Shown here in pieces: positions 14,898 to 20,757 of a stretch of 20,757 nt of DNA; the stretch's first letter is position 1, and every line of letters begins with the position of its first letter. Below the pieces are notes generated by a model. That model was not told the origin of the DNA. It worked only from the letters and a program-made list of their open reading frames with translations, and did not search any database. Source of the stretch: an uncultured virus (IMG/VR IMGVR_UViG_3300005673_000046) (taxonomy: Duplodnaviria; Heunggongvirae; Uroviricota; Caudoviricetes); the IMG/VR virus record IMGVR_UViG_3300005673_000046; one strand, written 5' to 3'. The translations under genes and the position numbers were made by a program.

Positions 14898-16523
14898 ATG
14901 CCCATCACCCAAGACGACATCCGGTTCCGCGCCAGCCAGCGCATGACCGACTTCGACGACGGCGGCGGCCGCATGAGCGACGTGGTCATCGTCGACGGCC
15001 AGGACAACAACGTCTTCGACGACGTGACGGACCTGGAGTACCTCACCGGCAAGCTGAGCCTGCGCAAGATCTTCGGCGCCGCGCTCAACGCCGACCAGGC
15101 CGCCTACCTGAGCGCGCACGTGCTGCTGGACGACGAGCCCGACTATGCGCCGGTCAGCGCGTTCGTCTTCGCGCACGGCGGGGTGACGGGCGAGCGGTCG
15201 GCTGCGCTGGCGGCGCTGCGCAACACCTCGTCGGCCCTGTCTGCGGCGGTCTATGGCGCCATCGGCGGCACCGCGTCTTCCAGCAGCGCCGTCATCACCG
15301 GCTTCACGATCAGCGACACCGGGCTGCTGGACAGCGGGATCGGCCAGTGGTTCCTGCTGCAGCACACCGATGCCGGCAACGATCGGGTGGCGCTGCGCCG
15401 GCTGATCTCGCGCGACACCAACGACCTGACGTTCAACGCTGCCCCGCCGTGGTCCGGCACCACGGCAGTCAGCCGGGTCAACCAGTTTCCGAACGCCACC
15501 GCCGACAGCCGGGTGTACGGGCTGGCCGTGCTGCCTTCCGGCGCGGCCGAGGACGACACCAGCGTCACCGCCACCTCGCTGCTGGTGCGGGTGGCGCCGC
15601 TGCCGGACGGCGGCATCGCAGGCCCCGGCGCGGTGACACTGCCTGGCTTCGGCCTGCTCGCACCCTACGACGTCTCGGCCGGCTTTGTGCCGGTCTTCCT
15701 GCCCGGCGACCTGCTCCTGGTGCACCACACCGACCCGGAAGCGCCGCAGACCGTCAGCAACGCGCAGACGGTGGACGTGGGCCGGACCAACCTGGCGCGG
15801 CTGCGCGTCATCGGCAACAACGGAACCGAGCATGCGCGCTACGTTGCCGGCCAGCCCGACCCCGCGGTGCCGGGCATCAGCTGCGACCTGGCCGCCGGCA
15901 CCGTGACCTTCAGCGACGTGAGCGGGCTCAGCCAGCCGGTGACGATCGAGCACCGCATCGAAGAGATGGCGGTCGCGTCCTCCGTCAACCTGGGTACGGG
16001 CGTGGTGGGCCTCAACCGCGGCCTGGGCCGCACGTACCCGGCTGGCACGAAGATCAGCAGCATCCTGATGCTGGGCGACCTGCAGGGCCGGCCCACCAAC
16101 GTGGCCTTCGCGCAGCAGGCGTGGACGGGCGTCTGGTCCGACAGCCGCATCGGCGGCGAGCCGCTGGCGGACTTCAACATCGCCGGCCACCCGATCCAGT
16201 GCACCAACGCCGGCGCGGTGACCGAGCGCTGGGCACTGATCTTCACGAACACCACCAGCTTCCGCATCGTCGGCGAGCAGCTCGGCGAGGTGGGCACCGG
16301 CACCACCGGCGCCGACTGCGAGCCCCTGAACCCGGCCACCGGCGAGCCCTACTTCAGCGTGGCCGCGGCGGGCTGGGGCGGTGGCTGGTCCAACGGCAAC
16401 GTGCTGCGCTTCAACACCGCCGGGGCCAACGCGCCGGTGTGGATCGGCCGCTGCGTGGCGCCCGCGGCGCCTGGCGGCGACGACTCCGTCACGCCGCAGC
16501 TGCGCGGCTTCGTCAACACCTGA
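14898..16523 (+). CDS. Minor tail/tail tip structural protein
   Basis: 541 aa; ASQRMTDFDDGGGRM...NNVFDDV...SLRKIF and GAVTERWALIF...PLNPATGEPYF...GWGGGW..GNVLRFNT. Confidence 0.8.
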   Translation: MPITQDDIRFRASQRMTDFDDGGGRMSDVVIVDGQDNNVFDDVTDLEYLTGKLSLRKIFGAALNADQAAYLSAHVLLDDEPDYAPVSAFVFAHGGVTGERSAALAALRNTSSALSAAVYGAIGGTASSSSAVITGFTISDTGLLDSGIGQWFLLQHTDAGNDRVALRRLISRDTNDLTFNAAPPWSGTTAVSRVNQFPNATADSRVYGLAVLPSGAAEDDTSVTATSLLVRVAPLPDGGIAGPGAVTLPGFGLLAPYDVSAGFVPVFLPGDLLLVHHTDPEAPQTVSNAQTVDVGRTNLARLRVIGNNGTEHARYVAGQPDPAVPGISCDLAAGTVTFSDVSGLSQPVTIEHRIEEMAVASSVNLGTGVVGLNRGLGRTYPAGTKISSILMLGDLQGRPTNVAFAQQAWTGVWSDSRIGGEPLADFNIAGHPIQCTNAGAVTERWALIFTNTTSFRIVGEQLGEVGTGTTGADCEPLNPATGEPYFSVAAAGWGGGWSNGNVLRFNTAGANAPVWIGRCVAPAAPGGDDSVTPQLRGFVNT

Positions 16524-16537
16524 AAGCCTGACCCATC

Positions 16538-17710
16538 ATGGCCATCGACGTCCTCCTGTACCACTCCGGCATGTCCGGCGCGCCCGGCGCGAACCTCCGC
16601 GTGGCCGGCGGCCTGACGGATCTGCTCAACGCCTGCCTGGTGGACGGGTTCAATGTCCGCGACATCACCGGCATCGTGCGCAGCGGCACCACCGCGACGG
16701 CCACGATCGACGGCAGCAACCCGTGGCAGATCGGCGGCGTGATCGAGCTCGCCGGGGCCGACCAGGCGGCGTACAACGGCCGCCAGCGCGTGACCGCGCG
16801 CACCGACAGCACGGTGAGCTTCGAGGTCAGCGGCAGCCCCGCCACGCCCGCCACCGGCACGATCACCGCGAAGATGCCCGGCGCCGGCTGGACGAAGAAC
16901 GTGCTGGGCACCAATCGGGTGGCCTACCGCTCCATCGTGCCGGGCAGCGAAGGGCACTGGCTGCAGGTGGAGGACGACAACCCCTACGCCGACAGCAACG
17001 TGGGCGCGCGCACGCGCATGGCGGTCAACCTGACCGGGCTGGACACCGCGGACCAGCTGGGGGAGCAGTGCCGCATCCAGAAGGGCAGCAGCACCGGCTG
17101 GGTGCTGGTGGCGGACGGGCGCAGCTGCTACATCGTCATGTCGGCCTCGGACACCTTCATGTTCGGCGAGGCGCAGCCGTACCTGTCCGGGGATCAGTAC
17201 GCCTTCTTTCAAAGCCGCGGAGAGAATGCTTCGGCGTCGGCAAGCGTCTTCGGCACCACTGCGGTGACGGGGCGCGTGTTCCCCGCCATCATGTACGCGA
17301 ACGCTGACTCTTCGGTCAACCGGGGCGCCAGCTGGCTGCGGGGCTCATCGCAGATCGGGGCGCACGTCGAGGGCACGCCAGTATTCCCCACGGTGACCTA
17401 CGTCTCTTCCGCCACGATGACGATCGACCGCTGGCAGTCGCTGGTGAACCCGCCAGTCGTGGACGACTCGATTGCCGTCGCGCCGCTGGTCATGACCGAG
17501 TTCAACGGCACCGCGTACCGCCTGCGCGGCGTGGCGCGCGGCGCGTACCTCCCCGCGACGCGGCTGCTGTCCGACAGCTTCGTCAACAACATCCAGATGC
17601 TCGACGACGTCACCATCAACGGCGACGTGCGGCGCCTGGCGGTGTGCCGCTTCAGCGCCTCCGGCCTCGCGCAGATCGCCTTCGACGTGGGCGACAGCTG
17701 GGACGACTGA
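16538..17710 (+). CDS. Putative tail fibre/receptor-binding protein
   Basis: N-terminal MSGAPG...LLNACLVDGF...IELAGADQAAYNG...ATGTITAK..GAGW followed by a divergent C-terminal part; position in the tail module. Confidence 0.7.
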   Translation: MAIDVLLYHSGMSGAPGANLRVAGGLTDLLNACLVDGFNVRDITGIVRSGTTATATIDGSNPWQIGGVIELAGADQAAYNGRQRVTARTDSTVSFEVSGSPATPATGTITAKMPGAGWTKNVLGTNRVAYRSIVPGSEGHWLQVEDDNPYADSNVGARTRMAVNLTGLDTADQLGEQCRIQKGSSTGWVLVADGRSCYIVMSASDTFMFGEAQPYLSGDQYAFFQSRGENASASASVFGTTAVTGRVFPAIMYANADSSVNRGASWLRGSSQIGAHVEGTPVFPTVTYVSSATMTIDRWQSLVNPPVVDDSIAVAPLVMTEFNGTAYRLRGVARGAYLPATRLLSDSFVNNIQMLDDVTINGDVRRLAVCRFSASGLAQIAFDVGDSWDD

Positions 17711-17713
17711 TCC

Positions 17714-18076
17714 ATGCCGCAACCCTCGTTCCCGTTCGGCGACCTGCTCGTGCAGCGCCTGGCCGGCCGCAATCGTGCGCTGGGCCCCGCCCCGAACCGT
17801 GTGGTTCGGCAGGTCTTGCAGGCCGCTCCCCGGCTCATGCGCGGCCGCTTCGGCTTCGCTGGGCAGGTGGACGTCATCACCACGCCGGCGCCCGACCGCG
17901 TGGTGCGGCTTTACGACCGGGCCAGCGGGCGCCTGGTGCGCGAGACGCGCACCTCGCTGGCCGGGCTGTATGCGTTCCCGGACCTGACCGACACGCGGCT
18001 GTACTACGTGGTCGCGCTGGACAACCTGCCCAACCCGGAGTCGGCCGCGATCGCCGACGCCGTGACCCCCACCTGA
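17714..18076 (+). CDS. Small tail-associated beta-sandwich protein
   Basis: RVVRLYDRASGRLVRETRTSLAGLYAFPDL...YYVVALD...AIADAVTP (prealbumin/carboxypeptidase-regulatory-like pattern). Confidence 0.7.
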   Translation: MPQPSFPFGDLLVQRLAGRNRALGPAPNRVVRQVLQAAPRLMRGRFGFAGQVDVITTPAPDRVVRLYDRASGRLVRETRTSLAGLYAFPDLTDTRLYYVVALDNLPNPESAAIADAVTPT

Positions 18077-18089
18077 CGAAGACCGACGT

Positions 18090-19716
18090 GTGNNGTATAC
18101 GCCGCCGCCCGCCGACGCCATCCACCTCGTGCTGGGTGGGGGAGGCTTCATCGCCCCGGGCACGCCGCTGGGCAGCACCGTCGCCGCGCGCTGGGGAGTC
18201 GCCAGCGCTGCGCGCGCCGGCCATGCCGTGCTGCCGTGGGCCGATGCCGCCGAGGCGGGCAGTGGCTTCGCCGGCGCGGGGTGGGGCCGCAACATCAACA
18301 CGCCTGCCGTGGGGCGACGCCAGCCCCGCACGTCGTGCGCCGCGGCTGCCCTGGGGCGCTGCGCAGCCCGCGCTGGCGGGGCCACGACTGCCGTGGCAGC
18401 GCGGCGAGGGCGCGCAGCAATGGGCCCGGCTGCCTTGGCAGCGTGGTGGCAGCGCGCACCGCCAGGCCCGCCTGCCTTGGCAGCGCGCCGGTGCCGCGAC
18501 CCGCACCGCGCGGCTGCCGTGGGGCGCTGCGCTGCTGGTCATCGCCCCCAACCGGCCCCTCCCGCGCCCGCCGGCGCTGCGCCCGCCCAGCGGCGTGGTG
18601 CGGTGGGTCAACCTGCGCATCTGCGGGCCGCTGGACCCCTTCCGGCTGCATTTGCGGCTGGGCGTGGACCACTGCCTGCCGCTCGTGCGCGCCACGCGCG
18701 GCGTAATCCTGCCGGCGACGACCTACATGCAAGTTCACGACATCCAGTTTGTCCGCCTCGCGGGGCCGCTGCCGCTGGACGTGTGGGACTGGTCGTTCGA
18801 TGCCTCGGACGCGAGCTTCGGCCGGACCCTCCAGTTCACCGGCCCGGTGGAGCTGATGACGCAGCTGGCGCCGGTGGCGGGCGTGCCCGCACAGGTGCGG
18901 CTGACGCTGGACGGGCTGCAATTCGACTTCGTGGTGCAAAAGCTCCGGCGCAACCGCGCGTTCGCCAATACGAGCTGCACCGTCACTGCGCGCAGCGCCG
19001 GCGTGCTGCTCGGCGACCGCCGCCAGGCGCAGCGCGCTTGGCTCAACACCGTGCCGATGACGGCGCAGCAGATCGTGGAGGACGTGCTGCAGTTCACCGG
19101 CGTGGGCCTGGATTGGCGCGTCGACGACTGGCTGGTGCCGGCCGGGGTGTGGAGCTTCACCGGGACGCCCCTGGCCGCCGTGCGACGTGTGGCGGACGCC
19201 ATCGGCGCGGTCCTGGCCAGCCCGCGCACCGGGGACCAGCTGATCGTCGCGCCGCTGTACCCGCTGCTGCCCTGGGAATGGTCAGCAGCGACGCCCGACG
19301 TGGTGGTGGCGCTGGACGCCGTCGAGGTCGAGGGGATGGAGGAAGACGAGAGCCCCCCATACGAGGGCGTGTACCTGAGCGGACAACAGCAGGGCGTGCT
19401 CGCGCTGGTGAAGCGGCAGGGCACTGCGCCGGACCCCGACCTGATGCTGCCGCTGGTGACCGATCCGCTGCTCACCGATCTGGAGGCCAGCCGGCAGCGC
19501 GGCGAGAGCCTGCTGGGCGCGGCAGGGAAGCGGGCGACGATGACACTGCGGATGATCGTGGCCACCGGGCCAGGCGAGCCGGGCGTCATCGACCCGCTGG
19601 AGCTGGTGGAGGTGCCCGACCCGGCCGGCGCCTGGAGGGGCCTGGTGCGGGCCGTGCGGGTGGAAGGCAACGGCGGCGACGTGATGCAGACCCTGACGGT
19701 GGAGCGGCACCTGTGA
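18090..19716 (+). pseudogene. Tail hub/central tail protein, frameshifted at ~18285-18300 (real lesion or assembly error)
   Basis: The N-terminus YTPPPADAIHLVLG...GAGWG is in the 18090 frame, while the RLPW repeats and the remaining tail domain (TAQQIVEDVL...DWLVPAGVWS...QTLTVERHL) are in the 17644 frame. NN at 18093-18094. Confidence 0.7.
18301..18522 (+). repeat. Six RLPW coding repeats with an exact 42-nt period
   Basis: Trp codons at 18310, 18352, 18394, 18436, 18478 and 18520; variation in the core CGNCTGCCNTGG is synonymous. Confidence 0.92.
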
Positions 19717-19940
19717 GTCGGCTGCTCGAGAACCTGCGGGTGCTGGTGCCGCAGCCGGCCGTGCTGATCGCCGAGGTGCTGGCGGTGCACTCCGACAACA
19801 CGTCGACCGTGGAGTTTCCCGACGGCAGCCAGCAGCGCGTGCGCGGCACCATCGTGGCAGTGGGGCAACCCGCCTTCGTCAGGGCGGGGATCATCGAAGG
19901 GCTGGCCCCCTCATTGGTGGCCTTCACGATCGAGATCTGA
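19713..19940 (+). CDS. Small tail tip protein (75 aa, OB-fold-like)
   Basis: GTGA overlap; LIAEVLAVHSDNTSTVEFPDGSQQRVRG...VFVRAG-like...IEGLAPSL; last gene of the tail module. Confidence 0.75.
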   Translation: MSRLLENLRVLVPQPAVLIAEVLAVHSDNTSTVEFPDGSQQRVRGTIVAVGQPAFVRAGIIEGLAPSLVAFTIEI

Positions 19941-20000
19941 GGTGCTACCGTGCAGCGGCACCGACAGACGCCCGACAAGCCATTCTGGAGGCACTCGGCC

Positions 20001-20489
20001 ATGATGACCCTGACCACCGGCCCCGCCGGCAAGCACGCGCGCTGGCTGCGAGCCATCGCGCTGGCGTTGCTGGCCCTTCTGCTGGCCGACCTGACCGGCG
20101 CGCAGGAGATCTACCGCTGCCCCAGCGCCAGCGGCGTCGCGGTCTTCCAGCAGATGCCCTGCACCGGCGGCCAGCTGGTCGAGGTGGGCACGCTCAACGT
20201 CATCCAGAGCCAGATGCCCAGCCCTGAGGTGATGCGCGACATGCACGTTCGCCGCGCCATCGCCCGCGGCGAGCTGGTGGCGGGCATGACGGAGCAGGAG
20301 GTCCGCCAGGTGATGGGCACCCCCAGCGCGGTCAACCGCAGCGCCAGCGTGCACGGATCGCGCGACCAGCTGGTGTACCGGGGCGCCGACGGCTCGCGGC
20401 GCTACGTCTACCTGCGCGACGGCGGCCTGGAGGCGGTCAGCAGCCACCACCGCGACCGCCCCCGCAGGCGCCACGACCGCCACCGCTGA
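20001..20489 (+). CDS. Exported protein, DUF4124-like N-domain plus SmpA/BamE-like motif (moron)
   Basis: GGAGG RBS; signal-like hydrophobic stretch, then QEIYRC...VFQQMPC and GMTEQEVRQVMGTP. Confidence 0.75.
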   Translation: MMTLTTGPAGKHARWLRAIALALLALLLADLTGAQEIYRCPSASGVAVFQQMPCTGGQLVEVGTLNVIQSQMPSPEVMRDMHVRRAIARGELVAGMTEQEVRQVMGTPSAVNRSASVHGSRDQLVYRGADGSRRYVYLRDGGLEAVSSHHRDRPRRRHDRHR

Positions 20490-20493
20490 CAGT

Positions 20494-20512
20494 CCGCCGC
20501 CGGGCGGCTTTT
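20494..20512 (+). terminator. Possible weak intrinsic terminator
   Basis: Short GC stem CCGCC-gccg-GGCGG followed by CTTTT, just after the stop codon. Confidence 0.35.
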
Positions 20513-20519
20513 CCTACTG

Positions 20520-20601
20520 CGCAATTTTTGATCGCACCGCGAAAGTCGCGGGGCGCTTCAAATATCTCAGGGAATCGGCCGACTTTTCTCGCGGCGCTTC
20601 A
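20520..20601 (+). repeat. Mu-type right end with candidate transposase-binding repeats, terminating in CA
   Basis: TCGCGGGGCGCTTCA (ends 20560) and TCGCGGCGCTTCA (ends 20601) in an AT-richer non-coding tract; host coding sequence begins at 20602. Confidence 0.75.
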
Positions 20602-20757
20602 GCGAGCCGCCTTCGTAGACGGCCAGCCACTTGCGCGGGCTGCCGATCGCCTCGAACACGGCCAGGCGGTCCTCGACCCCGCTGAAGTAGCCGGGGATGC
20701 GGATCACGTCCTCGGTCGCCGTGACGTGCAGGCTGGGCACCGTGACCCCGGCCAGGA
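20602..20757 (-). pseudogene. Host alpha/beta-hydrolase gene interrupted by the prophage end (5' part outside window)
   Basis: Minus strand reads LAGVTVPSLHVTATEDVIRIPGYFSGVEDRLAVFEAIGSPRKWLAVYEGGS, then runs into phage-end sequence (LKRREKSRPIP, stop at 20567). Confidence 0.75.

Larger units (their letters stand above)
6341..20601 (+). mobile_element. Late half and right end of a Mu-like transposable siphophage prophage
   Basis: Mu I/Z, T, gp36, gp37 synteny; tail tube without sheath; terminal repeats ending in CA followed by an interrupted host gene. Confidence 0.88.

Noticed and set aside
18301..18522. Regular 42-nt repeat as a CRISPR-like array
   Set aside because: The conserved core is only ~12 nt, varies at synonymous positions, has a period that is a multiple of 3 and encodes RLPW; there are no cas genes.
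2493..19868. Many long minus-strand and alternate-frame ORFs (e.g. 2493-3845, 3982-5529, 6892-8364, 9585-11048, 12010-14127, 14616-16190)
   Set aside because: These are shadows of GC3-rich plus-strand genes in stop-poor DNA; the products are low-complexity or motif-free.
18090..19940. 616-aa ORF as one real protein
   Set aside because: Only the first ~65 and last 75 codons look protein-like; the middle is an off-frame reading of the tail gene.
16538..20489. Diversity-generating retroelement or invertible tail-fibre segment
   Set aside because: No reverse transcriptase or invertase, and no template/variable repeat pair or flanking inverted sites were seen by eye.

Overview
High-GC (Burkholderiales-like, inferred) prophage DNA made of two parts that normally belong to different phage lifestyles. 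Bases ~1-5505 are a lambdoid-type early/replication operon: a cII-position regulator, a replication initiator with a candidate origin, nin-like genes, a Ref-like nuclease, a Q-like antiterminator and a DUF4224-like gene. Bases ~6341-20601 are the late half of a Mu-like transposable siphophage: protease/scaffold, capsid, gp36/gp37, tail tube, tape measure and tail tip genes. That half ends in a Mu-type ...CA right end that cuts a host alpha/beta-hydrolase gene. Between the two (5559-6323) is a mini array of small, lower-GC genes delimited by two integron attC-like hairpins. Their asymmetry is reversed relative to the genes, and no integron integrase is in the window. The second site lies exactly at the lambdoid/Mu-like junction, where lysis, terminase and portal genes are absent. 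Family names come from motif recognition and synteny, not from database searches. Two short N runs show the assembly is imperfect.
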